Below the pieces are notes generated by a model, which was not told where the DNA came from, ran no database searches, and saw only the letters and a list, made by a program, of their open reading frames with translations. From an uncultured Candidatus Saccharibacteria bacterium (GTDB lineage Bacteria > Patescibacteriota > Minisyncoccia > Phycocordibacterales > DATDWN01): a stretch of DNA of 57,617 nt. Below, piece after piece: positions 18,623 to 29,078 of the stretch (positions are counted from its first letter, which is position 1; every line of letters begins with the position of its first letter). The stretch spans positions 1 through 57,617 of the forward strand of contig CAYXZA010000005.1 in assembly GCA_964469605.1 (NCBI GenBank), written 5' to 3'. Position numbers and translations under genes: made by a program.

Positions 18623-19432
18623 TTAACCTATTACTCCCTTATCAAAATGTGATTCCATGTGGTTTGCAAGACCTCTCATAAACAAATTAATTTTATATTC
18701 AAACACCTTAGCGAAATGATAACCCCGAGACGAATATTTATTCATTATTTTATCGATATAATAACCAGAAATATCGACTGAAGTTGTCCACTGAGTTTTT
18801 GTTTTGTCTATCCCCTGATCTGTTTCTTTATACAGTGGACCATAATCAATCCTGATTCCTGATTTGATAGTTTTCTCTATATCTTGATATATTGGACTAG
18901 AAACTAGATTAAACGCAATATGATCTTTAGAAAACAAAGTATCAAATGATTTTACAAAAAATCCTTCTTTTCCTTCAGGAACTTTTAGTTTATATATAGA
19001 TGATCCTGGATATTTCTTTTTACTAACTAAATTTGGATGAACAATAGTGTCATTTACTGATTCAATAATCATTATCAGCTCATCAAACGCAACTAAACTT
19101 TCCGTTGAATTTTCTGTTGCATTATAAAGAATTTGATTTAATGTTCTATACAAAGCTTCCTTAATTCCACCAACTAAATCAAAGAATACATTTTCACTCC
19201 TATTTTCTGTATTAATTTCGCTTATTAAAGAATTTATGGTATGTAACAAATTTTCAATTTTTTCTGAACAGTTTTTGTATGTGTTCATAATTTCTATCCT
19301 TTCTGATTCAGCAATTTTATTCAATTCCAAGATTGTATCATCAGGCATATGACCAATACCTGTTTCTTGAACAATACGTAAAATATTCTCTGCTAAATTT
19401 TGTATACCTTTAAATTGATTTAATGATTCCAT
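18623..19432 (-). CDS. Hypothetical protein (269 aa)
   Basis: Complete ORF; no recognisable motif. Confidence 0.55.
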   Translation of the reverse strand: MESLNQFKGIQNLAENILRIVQETGIGHMPDDTILELNKIAESERIEIMNTYKNCSEKIENLLHTINSLISEINTENRSENVFFDLVGGIKEALYRTLNQILYNATENSTESLVAFDELIMIIESVNDTIVHPNLVSKKKYPGSSIYKLKVPEGKEGFFVKSFDTLFSKDHIAFNLVSSPIYQDIEKTIKSGIRIDYGPLYKETDQGIDKTKTQWTTSVDISGYYIDKIMNKYSSRGYHFAKVFEYKINLFMRGLANHMESHFDKGVIG

Positions 19433-19685
19433 AAAATTTACGAAAGTCTTAGACCCGAACCAAACAAATGAATTAAGTCACAAAAGATATTTTTTGCATT
19501 TTAACCCGTCTATAGTACAAAGTTCTAAAATGGAAAATATGCTTTTGTTAAGCCGTCATGTCTAGGTCGCTAGGTACCACAAAAACTAGACTGCTGGCCG
19601 AGTCGAACTAGAACCGTGGACGGTCAAACCTAGATTGACAGATTTAGCTATTTTTAGAATAGCATAAGGAAAGGTCTCGAGCAAA

Positions 19686-19982
19686 TTGCTTTTTTCAAAA
19701 AATGACAAAAGTGATACAAATTTGATTATTAAAGTTACAATCAGCCGTCACTATTTAATCATATACTGGAATTACATATTCAACTCTTGTTCTTGCTCCA
19801 TCAAGAACAGTGTCATCAAAAGAACTAGACTTGCTTTAACTGCTAATTTGATCAAAACAGATAAAATTTTATTTCCTCAAACTGGATATGAGGATATGAT
19901 TAATCAAATAATTAACTTTAGAATTGAAAAGCGTGATGATCTGGCTGATACTTTTTCAACTCTTATTCTAAGTATTATCTAA
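19686..19982 (+). pseudogene. Possible remnant of a phage terminase large-subunit C-terminus
   Basis: The C-terminal KILFPQTGYEDMINQIINFRIEKRDDLADTFSTLI resembles the TerL nuclease-domain end (..fP.....l..el..F.....hDD.vDa). The N-terminal part looks like junk. Confidence 0.3.
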
Positions 19983-20085
19983 GATCCTCAATTTTTATAC
20001 AAAAGAAAATTGGGACTACCACATGATGTAGATAGTCCCAAAAATTTGGCGCAAATGCAAGAATCAAAAGATTCAAACATTCAAG

Positions 20086-21012
20086 CTACAAGGAACATTG
20101 TTGCGGAACGAAACCGGATGCCGTCCCGCAGCTCGCATCGACAATGCCAACGAAGAACGTGTCGAACCTGACCCCACCACTACTGAAGGACACGTCGAAC
20201 CTGACCCCACCACTGCCGAAGCGGAAGAATGGAGCGAGGCCGAAGTGAACATCAGAATCCGGATCGTCGAACTCGTCACCCGAGCAGTCGATCGACAGGT
20301 CGTTGTAGTCCTGTAAACGTTCTAGGTGAGTAAGAAGCATGATCCCGATCTCGAATGCACCAAGACCGAACTCCATTCCGTTGTCGATCATGATTTCACG
20401 TGCTCGGCGGACCGAGCGACCACGATGACGCAAACCGAACTGAGCAGCGACGACGAGGATGTCCTGATCCTTCTGCTCGTTTCCGAGCCTCTGGAACACC
20501 TCCATCTTCACCCTTGACTCATGAAGTTGCTGATCGTTGATCTGCCCCTCTTTCCAGTTGTAGAATTTGCCCTGACGCTGTAACTTCATCGCGTCGAGCA
20601 CCTTCTGAACTGCTTGAGTGTAAGTCGGCGCGATCGTCTGCCACTTAGGGATGGCGAACCATCCCTCAGCACCCACAGGAACTTCACGCTCGGCGAGTTT
20701 TTCGTTGGCGAACCCGATTTCGGGGAAGATCTTGCGCAGAATGTTGCACTGCTCCTTGATCGACTTTGGTTTCTTGTAGCCCGACAAGTAGCCGTGAGTA
20801 GACACTACTTCCTCATCTTTGAACTTGTTAGTGACCCGATTATTGGAGATGAAATCGGCGATGAGATCGGCGAGACCTGGACTGTCGTTGACCCACTGAG
20901 CTTCTTTTTCGGAAAGCCTTGCCTTGTTGTACGAGGCTTCGACGATCGACATAAACTCGAGACCTTTGGGGTCCCGTGAGGTGACTGCTGACGGGACCAA
21001 TGTTTTAAGCAT
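20086..21012 (-). CDS. GC-rich orphan protein (~308 aa) with C-terminal 11-aa tandem repeat
   Basis: Long ORF. SD aaggag abuts the first ATG (21021) but lies 9 nt from the second ATG (21012), so 21012 is preferred. The 21-nt core gtcgaacctgaccccaccact repeats at 20161-20181 and 20194-20214, giving SGGVRFD x2. Confidence 0.7.
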   Translation of the reverse strand: MLKTLVPSAVTSRDPKGLEFMSIVEASYNKARLSEKEAQWVNDSPGLADLIADFISNNRVTNKFKDEEVVSTHGYLSGYKKPKSIKEQCNILRKIFPEIGFANEKLAEREVPVGAEGWFAIPKWQTIAPTYTQAVQKVLDAMKLQRQGKFYNWKEGQINDQQLHESRVKMEVFQRLGNEQKDQDILVVAAQFGLRHRGRSVRRAREIMIDNGMEFGLGAFEIGIMLLTHLERLQDYNDLSIDCSGDEFDDPDSDVHFGLAPFFRFGSGGVRFDVSFSSGGVRFDTFFVGIVDASCGTASGFVPQQCSL

Positions 21013-21071
21013 CGGAACCATCTCCTTTCATGTGTTAGATTCGCCCTAACCGTTGCGACTCTTCTCTTTGT

Positions 21072-21130
21072 GAGACGAGCTTTTTAGGTCTTACTTAATG
21101 TATAAAATTAAGACTCAAAAAGCTCGTCTC
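21072..21130 (-). promoter_or_regulatory. Long 5'-UTR hairpin of CDS 20086..21012
   Basis: gagacgagcttttt (21072-21085) is the exact reverse complement of aaaaagctcgtctc (21117-21130). Inner gtctta/taagac pairing extends the stem. Confidence 0.55.
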
Positions 21131-21164
21131 AACAGTGATCTATAAAGAATTTAACGTGTATAGT

Positions 21165-21192
21165 ATAATACCATACATAGGCACTTTGTCAA
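21165..21192 (-). promoter_or_regulatory. Sigma70-type promoter for CDS 20086..21012
   Basis: Minus strand: TTGACA (21192-21187), N16, TATTAT (21170-21165). Confidence 0.55.
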
Positions 21193-21214
21193 TAGATGAA
21201 AATAATGTTGTATT

Positions 21215-21439
21215 TTAATGGTTTTTGACAAGATATTCCCTGAGAGTATAGGCTCTTGTGAAAGTTTCCTTTTGTTTATTTTTAGACGAAAGAGTTGTTA
21301 TTGGTCTACTTTGGACAATATAAAATTTTCCATCCTCGTCAACCTATTCCATATCACAAAGAAAGCTATAAGGAACAGATATACCTGCTTGATACATTTT
21401 CCTAAGAGAAGCTTCTTTACCTCCAAGCAACCAAAGCAT
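21215..21439 (-). pseudogene. Remnant of a PEP/pyruvate-utilising (PPDK_N-type) enzyme gene with internal deletion
   Basis: Minus strand reads MLWLLGGKEASLRKMYQAGISVPYSF then a stop. A second frame reads VDEDGKFYIVQSRPITT. These match the start and end of the PPDK N-terminal ATP-grasp domain. Confidence 0.4.
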
Positions 21440-21707
21440 TATTTTTATTTAATTCAGAAAAATTAGAGACTAATTTCATAATTAATTACATTCTAACAAA
21501 AAATCACCAATTTTAAAATCAGTGATTTTTTATCTTGAATACTGCTCTCAGCAAGTATGCCATTTTTCATAATAGATTCTCATACAGTTTCCACATCTCA
21601 GACAGGTCACTTTTTACTTTTTAAAAATATTGTTATTTTGATACATCTCAAGTGTCGCTCGACTTTGCTGGCCACATGGGAGAATATTCGAACTGACTTA
21701 TGATTCC

Positions 21708-22211
21708 CTATTCAAGAATTTTATTAAAAAACTCATACTTTTTTCTCATATACACCTTGAAATCTATTTTTCCATACGGAAGTTTTATCTGTTCATATTC
21801 TTTCTGCAAATTTTTGTCTTTTGATAAAATTTCAAAAACTTTTAACTGATCCTGAATATTTAGAGAATTTTTATCTGTTAAATACAGTTCTACATCAAAA
21901 CCATCCTGTATGAATTCCCATTTAATTGATGTCCCTTTTCTTTTTGGTTCACCAAATAATTCCTCAATTAATGGAGAATATTTTTGATAGTCTTCTGGAA
22001 TCGAAAGAATGTTGATATCAATATCGTTTTGACCAGCTATTCCGAGAGCAGATGCTCCACCCCAATGAATTGGAAGAGTAGGTATTTTTTCTTTTAACTT
22101 AGTAATTATTTCTTTTGCAACTTCTTGAACATGCGGATCAAAAGGTTTGACTTCGATTATTTTTCCTTCAGGTAATGTTGAAAGATACTTTTCTTGAGAT
22201 TCTTTAATCAT
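21708..22211 (-). CDS. GrpB family protein
   Basis: 167 aa. HWGGASALGIAGQNDIDI and a Y...K..F C-terminus fit GrpB/UPF0157. Confidence 0.65.
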   Translation of the reverse strand: MIKESQEKYLSTLPEGKIIEVKPFDPHVQEVAKEIITKLKEKIPTLPIHWGGASALGIAGQNDIDINILSIPEDYQKYSPLIEELFGEPKRKGTSIKWEFIQDGFDVELYLTDKNSLNIQDQLKVFEILSKDKNLQKEYEQIKLPYGKIDFKVYMRKKYEFFNKILE

Positions 22212-22383
22212 GAATTTAATTATATCAAATTTTGAGAGAATCAGACAGGTGAATAATTTTATCTTGATAAATAAAGATAAAATAAAGTACTGGCCGTCTA
22301 GGATTTTATCCGAATAAGTTTAATGTGTTGCTCGTAATTCTGCATACTGTCCTCCTTTATTAAAATCACACTAAAACCCTTTG

Positions 22384-22454
22384 CTGCCAGACTTGGGATC
22401 GAACCAAGATTATCGCTTTCAGAGAGCGACGTCCTACCATTAGACGATCTGGCA
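22384..22454 (-). tRNA. tRNA-Gln (anticodon CTG)
   Basis: Hand-folded: acceptor TGCCAGA/TCTGGCA, anticodon stem TCGCT/AGCGA with loop CTCTGAA, T-arm CTTGGTTCGATCCCAAG. Confidence 0.8.
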
Positions 22455-22560
22455 AAATATAATAAAAATCAACACCATTAACAATAACAAATTTTAAACT
22501 TTTTTAAAGAGTAAAATCTAAATTTAAAAAAATGTTGCAAAATTACATTAGTTTTAAAGA

Positions 22561-24246
22561 TTATTTCTTAATCTTTAAAATCGCCTCAACAAATCCTGTA
22601 AAAAGAGGGTGTGGCGAAAGAGGTCTTGCTTTTAATTCAGGATGAAATTGGGAACCTAAAAAGAAAGGGTGTTTTTCTTTTGGAAGTTCTGCTATTTCCA
22701 TCAATTTTCCATCTTCAGAAGTTGCAGAAAATACCAATCCCGCATCTTGTATTTTTTCTATATAGTCCAGAGCAACTTCATATCTATGTCTATGTCTTTC
22801 ATCTATTTTTCCAACACCTTGATTTTTTTTATAATCTTTACTCCATTTTAAATAGCAATAATCTGCAATTGTTTTATTTTTTACAAAAGCTGTATAAGAT
22901 CCAAGTCTCATACTAGCCCCCATCTGTCCTTCTTCTATTTTCTTTAATTGATCTGGCATTATATCTATAACCAAATTTTTTGATTTAGGATTAACTTCCC
23001 TACTATGAGCATCTTTTAATCCCAAAACATTTCTAGCATATTCTACAACAGCAAGTTGCATACCATAGCAGAGACCTAAATAAGGTATCTTGTTTTCTCT
23101 AGCAAATGAAATAGCCATTATTATTCCTTCTATACCACTTTCACCAAAACCACCAGGAACAATTATTCCATCAAAATCTTTAAGTTCTGAAATTTTCTTA
23201 GGATTTTGTTCATAATCTTTACTATTTATCCAAACAAGCTCTGGTTTTGCACCAAGATAAAAAGATGAGAATTTTATAGCTTCAATAACTGAAATATAAG
23301 CATCGGAAAGAACAAAATCTCCAGTATCAAAATATTTTCCAACCACAGCTATTTTGATATTTGTTTTTGGATTTTTGATTTTTGAAACCATTTTCCTCCA
23401 ATCCACAAGATCTTTTTGTCTTTCTTTCAATCCAAAAAAACTAAGAACTCTATCAGAAAGACCGTCTTTTTCAAAATTTACAGGAACATCGTAAATACTT
23501 TCTATATCTGGTGCTGATATTACATTTTCAGCCAAAACACCAGTTGACATAGCTATCTTTTCTTTTCTTTTATGATCCAAATGAACAGAACTACGAGCTA
23601 TTATCATATCTGCATTTATACCATAAGAATTTAATTGTCTAACCGCATTTTGAGTTGGTTTTGTTTTCATTTCACCTATCTTTCCAGGAATCGGTAAATA
23701 GGAAACCATCACAAACATAACATCTTTTGGATGTTTTAATTTTAAAATTCTGGCAGCTTCTAGGAAAATAGCATTTTGATATTCACCAACAGTTCCTCCT
23801 ATTTCAAAAACAGTAATTTCAGCATTTGTCTTTTCTATGGATTTTTTGATTCTTCTTAAAATTTCTTCGGTGATATGATATACAGGCTCAACACATTTAC
23901 CTTTGTAACCCAAAGCCCTCTCTTTATCTATAACATATTTAAAAACCATTCCATTTGTCATATAGTTTTCATTTGGAAGTGACTGGTCTAAAAACCTTTC
24001 ATAATTTCCCATATCTTGATCTGTTTCAAGTCCAGAATCAAGAACAAAAACCTCGCCGTGTTCTGTTGGATTCATTGTTCCAGCATCAACATTTAGATAA
24101 GGATCTGCTTTTATTAAAGAAACATTAAATCCTTTTGATTTTAAAATCCTGCCAATAGAAGATGTAGTTATACCCTTTCCAACACCAGACATAACACCAC
24201 CAACAACAAAAATATACTTATGACTTTGGTCTTTTTTTCTTGCCAT
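22561..24246 (-). CDS. pyrG: CTP synthase
   Basis: 561 aa. KYIFVVGGVMSGVGKG, and a GATase domain with LGLCYGMQ and HRHRYE. Confidence 0.95.
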   Translation of the reverse strand: MARKKDQSHKYIFVVGGVMSGVGKGITTSSIGRILKSKGFNVSLIKADPYLNVDAGTMNPTEHGEVFVLDSGLETDQDMGNYERFLDQSLPNENYMTNGMVFKYVIDKERALGYKGKCVEPVYHITEEILRRIKKSIEKTNAEITVFEIGGTVGEYQNAIFLEAARILKLKHPKDVMFVMVSYLPIPGKIGEMKTKPTQNAVRQLNSYGINADMIIARSSVHLDHKRKEKIAMSTGVLAENVISAPDIESIYDVPVNFEKDGLSDRVLSFFGLKERQKDLVDWRKMVSKIKNPKTNIKIAVVGKYFDTGDFVLSDAYISVIEAIKFSSFYLGAKPELVWINSKDYEQNPKKISELKDFDGIIVPGGFGESGIEGIIMAISFARENKIPYLGLCYGMQLAVVEYARNVLGLKDAHSREVNPKSKNLVIDIMPDQLKKIEEGQMGASMRLGSYTAFVKNKTIADYCYLKWSKDYKKNQGVGKIDERHRHRYEVALDYIEKIQDAGLVFSATSEDGKLMEIAELPKEKHPFFLGSQFHPELKARPLSPHPLFTGFVEAILKIKK

Positions 24247-24278
24247 AAAAAATTATTAAAAACTGAATAATACCTACA

Positions 24279-25205
24279 CTATACCTTTAAATGCCTACGA
24301 ACCGCAAGGAAACTAGAAAATGATCCGACTATTACACCAGATAATAAGACAATGATAAATATTTCACCAAAATTTGATATATAATATTTAAAAACATTTA
24401 GCCCAACAAAGAAATTTTCTGTTGCACTTCCTAAATAATATGTAGCTGGAAAAAACAGAAACAGTGTTATTATGGCAGAAGTTAAACCATATAAAGCCCC
24501 AGATACAATAAAAGGCCCTTTAACATAAGTATTACTTGCTCCAACAAGTCTCATAACAGCTATCTCATCTTTCGACATAAATATAGCAAGTCTAACAGTA
24601 TTAAGTGTAATCAAAATAGATATAAAGACCAAAAACAATGTCAGTGCAAAACCTATCTTGTTTGCAGAATCTATAAGACGAGTCAAAGTGTCTATTGCAT
24701 TTTTATTTTGATAATAGTTTACCTTATCTATAATACTTTCAGAATCTGTTGATATAGAGTTTTTAGTTTTTAGAAAATTTGCAATACCTTCATATTGAGA
24801 AGGCTCTTTTGCTCTTATATTGAGAGATGCTCCAAAAGGATTCTCACCAAGTTCATCTAGTGCCTGTAAAGTAAAATCATCGTTCTCGTGTTTTTTCTTA
24901 AATTCATCCAAAGCATCCTCTTTTGAAGTATAGGAAATCGAGGACACCTCAGGTAAACTTTCTATTGATTTTTTCATAGCCAATATATCATTTTCATTTG
25001 CACTCTTTACAAAATAAACATTTATATCAACTTTATTTTTTATTTCATTTAAACTAGTGTTTAGTATTGCACCTAAAAACATTGTAGATGTGATAACCGA
25101 CAATGTTATAACCATTACTAACACAGAAGAGAATGAAACAAAACCGTTTCTCCAAAAGCTAAAAAAACCTGATCTTGCAACTCTTTTAAATGAAGTCCAT
25201 AACAT
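24279..25205 (-). CDS. ftsX: Cell division permease-like protein FtsX
   Basis: 308 aa, 4 TM with a large first periplasmic loop, directly downstream of ftsE. Confidence 0.8.
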   Translation of the reverse strand: MLWTSFKRVARSGFFSFWRNGFVSFSSVLVMVITLSVITSTMFLGAILNTSLNEIKNKVDINVYFVKSANENDILAMKKSIESLPEVSSISYTSKEDALDEFKKKHENDDFTLQALDELGENPFGASLNIRAKEPSQYEGIANFLKTKNSISTDSESIIDKVNYYQNKNAIDTLTRLIDSANKIGFALTLFLVFISILITLNTVRLAIFMSKDEIAVMRLVGASNTYVKGPFIVSGALYGLTSAIITLFLFFPATYYLGSATENFFVGLNVFKYYISNFGEIFIIVLLSGVIVGSFSSFLAVRRHLKV

Positions 25206-25225
25206 AAAATTGATTAAAAATTAAA

Positions 25226-25906
25226 TTATAAAATATATTTACCCTTTTCGTCATCTCTAACTATTTTTCCATCTTCCATAGTTATAACTCTACGACCCAA
25301 AGCATCTATAATGCCCTTATTGTGAGTTGTTAATATAACAGTTGTTCCTAGATCATTTATTTTCTTTAAAATCTGAACAATATCATAAGTATTTGCAGGA
25401 TCTAGATTTCCAGTTGGTTCATCTGCTATAACAACATCTGGCCTATTTACTATTGCCCTTGCAATAGCAACTCTTTGTTTTTCACCACCAGAAAGTTCGT
25501 GTGGAAAATTCCATATTTTTTTACCCAAATCAACTAGATTTAAGACATGAGGAACATCAACCTCTATCTCTGCATCTTCTCTACCAGAAACTTCCATTGC
25601 AAAAGCTATATTTTCATAAACAGTTTTATCTGGAAGCAATCTAAAATCTTGAAAAATAGAACCTATTTTTCTCCTAAATAAATTTATCTGACTTTTATTT
25701 AGTCTGTGAATATCTGTTGATTCAAAAAAAACTTTACCTTTACTTGGTTTTTCTTCGGCAAGTATCATTTTAAGAAGAGTTGTCTTTCCAGCACCAGAAT
25801 GTCCAACAATAGATACAAACTCTTTTGGTGATATAGAAAAAGATATATTTTCTAAAGCAACAGAATCATCTGGATAAACTTTAAAAACTTTGTCAAAATG
25901 AATCAT
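25226..25906 (-). CDS. ftsE: Cell division ATP-binding protein FtsE
   Basis: Walker [10 protein letters not shown], signature LSGGEKQR, Walker B VVIADEP. Start moved to MIHFDKV (ATG at 25906). Confidence 0.85.
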   Translation of the reverse strand: MIHFDKVFKVYPDDSVALENISFSISPKEFVSIVGHSGAGKTTLLKMILAEEKPSKGKVFFESTDIHRLNKSQINLFRRKIGSIFQDFRLLPDKTVYENIAFAMEVSGREDAEIEVDVPHVLNLVDLGKKIWNFPHELSGGEKQRVAIARAIVNRPDVVIADEPTGNLDPANTYDIVQILKKINDLGTTVILTTHNKGIIDALGRRVITMEDGKIVRDDEKGKYIL

Positions 25907-25950
25907 ATAAAAATAATTATAACTTAAAAATGTAAAGTTATGCAATCTGT

Positions 25951-26847
25951 CTATATATTTTTTTCAGCCTGTATAAAATCCAATATATCACCATCTAAAA
26001 CATCATCTACTTTTGCAGTTTCAAATCCTGTTCTATGATCTTTTACCATTTTATAAGGATGTAAAACATAAGATCTTATTTGATTGCCCCATGTTACCTG
26101 AGTGGTTTTAGATATATACATACCTTTTTCTTCTGAAATCCTCTCTTCTTCAAGTGCTTTATAGATTTTACCTTTTAGGATAGCCAGAGCTTTTTCTTTA
26201 TTTTGAGCTTGGGATCTCTGATTTTCACTAGAAGCAAAAAGTCCAGTTGGGATATGAACAATTCTAACTGCCGTTTCCCTTTTGTTAACATTTTGACCTC
26301 CCGGACCAGATGACCTAGAAAACTCAACTCTCAAATCTTTTTCATCTATATTTATATCACTTTCATTTTGTTCATTTTTAAAATCAGGAATAACTTCAAC
26401 CATAGAAAAACTCGTGTGTCTTTTAGCATTCGCATTAAAAGGAGAAACTCTAACAAGTCTATGAACACCAGATTCATTTTTAAATATTCCATAAGCACCT
26501 AGACCGTCTTTCTTTCCAGATATTTCAACTGTCACATTTCTAAAACCACCATTATCATTTTCATTTTGATGAAGAACTGAAATATTAAAATTATTTTTTT
26601 GGCAAAATTTAAAATACATATTCAAAAGCATTGCTGAAAAATCTTCAGAATCATCACCACCTGCACCGGAAAAAATCGTCATTATAGCATCACCTCTATC
26701 ATATTTACCAAAACCACTGATCTCATTTTTAAGATCTTGAATTTTCTTAATAACAAATTGAGCTCTATCTTTGTCAGACCAAAAAGAAGGAGAATTCATT
26801 TCTAGCTCTAAATTTTCTAACTCTTTTTGTATTTTATCTTTATCCAT
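25951..26847 (-). CDS. prfB: Peptide chain release factor 2 (short form, no frameshift site seen)
   Basis: SPF tripeptide (VRVSPFNA) and GGQ (SGPGGQNVNK). Only 298 aa, and no upstream CTTTGAC frameshift window. Confidence 0.85.
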   Translation of the reverse strand: MDKDKIQKELENLELEMNSPSFWSDKDRAQFVIKKIQDLKNEISGFGKYDRGDAIMTIFSGAGGDDSEDFSAMLLNMYFKFCQKNNFNISVLHQNENDNGGFRNVTVEISGKKDGLGAYGIFKNESGVHRLVRVSPFNANAKRHTSFSMVEVIPDFKNEQNESDINIDEKDLRVEFSRSSGPGGQNVNKRETAVRIVHIPTGLFASSENQRSQAQNKEKALAILKGKIYKALEEERISEEKGMYISKTTQVTWGNQIRSYVLHPYKMVKDHRTGFETAKVDDVLDGDILDFIQAEKNI

Positions 26848-26932
26848 ATTTAAAACAGTATTTTGATTTATAAATATAAATTTATTATAAAATAAGAATA
26901 AAAATATACTGAAACAAAATTATCAGACGATT

Positions 26933-27232
26933 TTATATACCAAAATATAAACCTTTTTCTGTTAAATCTTTAAGTATTTTATCATAATCAGCTTTAATCC
27001 TTTGAAAATTAGGATTATCACCATTTAATTCCGCTGCCAATTGATGCAGACTATTATCAGCATTATTTAAAGCTTGCTCCATTGCACCTTTTTCGTCATC
27101 AGTAGCATTACCAAGAGCAATTTTTCCCTTTAATTCATTAAACCGACCTGATACTCTTTGATACAAAGTATTAACATCAGACTTTATTGTATTACGATCA
27201 ATTTGATTGTAATCATCATTAAATCCCTCCAT
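26933..27232 (-). CDS. Hypothetical protein (99 aa)
   Basis: Complete ORF, helical/coiled-coil composition. Confidence 0.5.
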   Translation of the reverse strand: MEGFNDDYNQIDRNTIKSDVNTLYQRVSGRFNELKGKIALGNATDDEKGAMEQALNNADNSLHQLAAELNGDNPNFQRIKADYDKILKDLTEKGLYFGI

Positions 27233-27285
27233 TTTTTATATTATTTACTTTTAATATATTGATTATATACCAACAACAACATTTG

Positions 27286-27358
27286 AGCCAATGGGCGGGA
27301 TTGAACCGCCGACCTCGCCCTTACCATGGGCGTGCTCTACCAACTGAGCTACATTGGC
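27286..27358 (-). tRNA. tRNA-Thr (anticodon GGT)
   Basis: Acceptor GCCAATG/CATTGGC, anticodon stem CGCCC/GGGCG with loop ATGGTAA, T-arm GGCGGTTCAATCCCGCC. Confidence 0.85.
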
Positions 27359-27416
27359 TTTAAGTAAACTATAAGATAAAATATAATAGTAAATATAAAA
27401 AAATACAAATAAAATT

Positions 27417-29075
27417 ATGAATTCAGAAGAAATAAAAAAAGAAATTGAGAAAATAATTGAAGGTGATGTTTTAGTTTCAGAAGATGTATTGGAAAAATAT
27501 TCTCACGATGCTAGTTTATTTGAAGTTAAACCAAAAGTCGTTGTATTACCAAAAACAAGAGAAGATATAAAAAAAATAGTAAATTGGGTTTCTGAAAATA
27601 AAGAAAAATATGGCGAACTATCTATAACAGCCAGATCAGGTGGAACAGATATGTCGGGCGGTGTTTTAAACAACTCTATTATTTTAGATTTTACAAAATA
27701 TTTAAATAAAATAATAAAAATAGAAAAAAATTTAGGTGTTGTTGAACCTGGTTGTTTTTATAGAGATTTTGAAAAAGAGACTCTAAAACTTGGAGTGATT
27801 ATGCCTAGCTATCCAGCATCAAGGGAGATATGTGCAGTTGGAGGAATGGTTGCAAACAATGCTGGTGGAGAAAATACTATAAAATACGGCAAAGTTGAAA
27901 ACAACTTATCCTATTTAAAAGTAATATTAAAAGATGGAAATGAATACGAAATAAAACCACTGACAAAACAGGAACTTGAAAATAAAATATTGCTTGATAG
28001 TTTTGAAGGAAAATTTTATAAAGAAATAAAAGATTTAATATTTACAAATTTAGAGAAAATTAAAAAAGCAAAACCAGATGTAACAAAAAACTCTGCTGGA
28101 TATTTTCTTTGGAATGTGTGGGATGAAGAAAAAGAGACTTTTGATCTTTGCAAACTTTTTGTTGGATCACAAGGTACACTAGGAATCATAACTGAAATAG
28201 GATTTAAACTAACAGAAAAACCAAAAGCATCGGGTCTTTTGGCTATCTTTATGAAAGATTTGGAAAAACTTCCACAAGTTGTAAATGAAGTTATGAAATA
28301 TAAACCAGATAGTTTTGAATCATACGATGATTACAGTATGACTCTTGCTGTAAAATTCTTTTTTGATTTCTTTAAACAAATGGGTTTTATTGGTGCTATA
28401 AAACTCGGTCTTCAATTTTTACCAGAAGCAATCCTTATGATAAGAGGCGGGGTTCCTAAACTTACACTACTTGTCCAATTTACCGGAGAAAATGAAAAAG
28501 AGGTAAAAAATGAACTTTTGGATTTAAAGAAAAAGATAGATCAACTTGGACTAAAAAGCCATCTAACAAAATCAGAAATAGAAGCTGAAAAATATTGGGA
28601 GATTAGAAGACAAAGTTTTAATATGTTAAGAAAACACATTCACGGCAGAAGAACAGCTCCTTTTATAGATGATTTTATAGTCAAACCAGAGTATCTACCA
28701 GAAATACTTCCTAAGGTTAAAAAAATACTTGATGAATATAAACTCATTTACACAATCGCAGGTCATGCAGGAGATGGAAATTTCCACATAATCCCTCTTA
28801 TGGATCTAAATTCACCTTACTCATCTGAAAGCATACTTGAAATATCAAACAAGATATATCCTTTGATATTAAAATACAAAGGTTCAATAACAGCAGAACA
28901 TAATGATGGAATAATCAGGACCCCATATCTAAAAGAGATGTATGGAGATGAAATATTAGAATTGTTTAAAAAAACAAAGGAGATATTTGATGATCTATAT
29001 ATATTTAATCCAAAGAAAAAAATAGGTGGAACTTTTGATGATATAAAAAATAAATTGATTAGAAAGAACAATTAG
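27417..29075 (+). CDS. FAD-binding oxidoreductase (GlcD/D-lactate dehydrogenase-like)
   Basis: 552 aa. FAD_binding_4-type N-terminus (SGGTDMSGG, GSQGTLGIITE) and C-terminal oxidase domain (AEHNDG). Confidence 0.8.
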   Translation: MNSEEIKKEIEKIIEGDVLVSEDVLEKYSHDASLFEVKPKVVVLPKTREDIKKIVNWVSENKEKYGELSITARSGGTDMSGGVLNNSIILDFTKYLNKIIKIEKNLGVVEPGCFYRDFEKETLKLGVIMPSYPASREICAVGGMVANNAGGENTIKYGKVENNLSYLKVILKDGNEYEIKPLTKQELENKILLDSFEGKFYKEIKDLIFTNLEKIKKAKPDVTKNSAGYFLWNVWDEEKETFDLCKLFVGSQGTLGIITEIGFKLTEKPKASGLLAIFMKDLEKLPQVVNEVMKYKPDSFESYDDYSMTLAVKFFFDFFKQMGFIGAIKLGLQFLPEAILMIRGGVPKLTLLVQFTGENEKEVKNELLDLKKKIDQLGLKSHLTKSEIEAEKYWEIRRQSFNMLRKHIHGRRTAPFIDDFIVKPEYLPEILPKVKKILDEYKLIYTIAGHAGDGNFHIIPLMDLNSPYSSESILEISNKIYPLILKYKGSITAEHNDGIIRTPYLKEMYGDEILELFKKTKEIFDDLYIFNPKKKIGGTFDDIKNKLIRKNN

Positions 29076-29078
29076 AAA

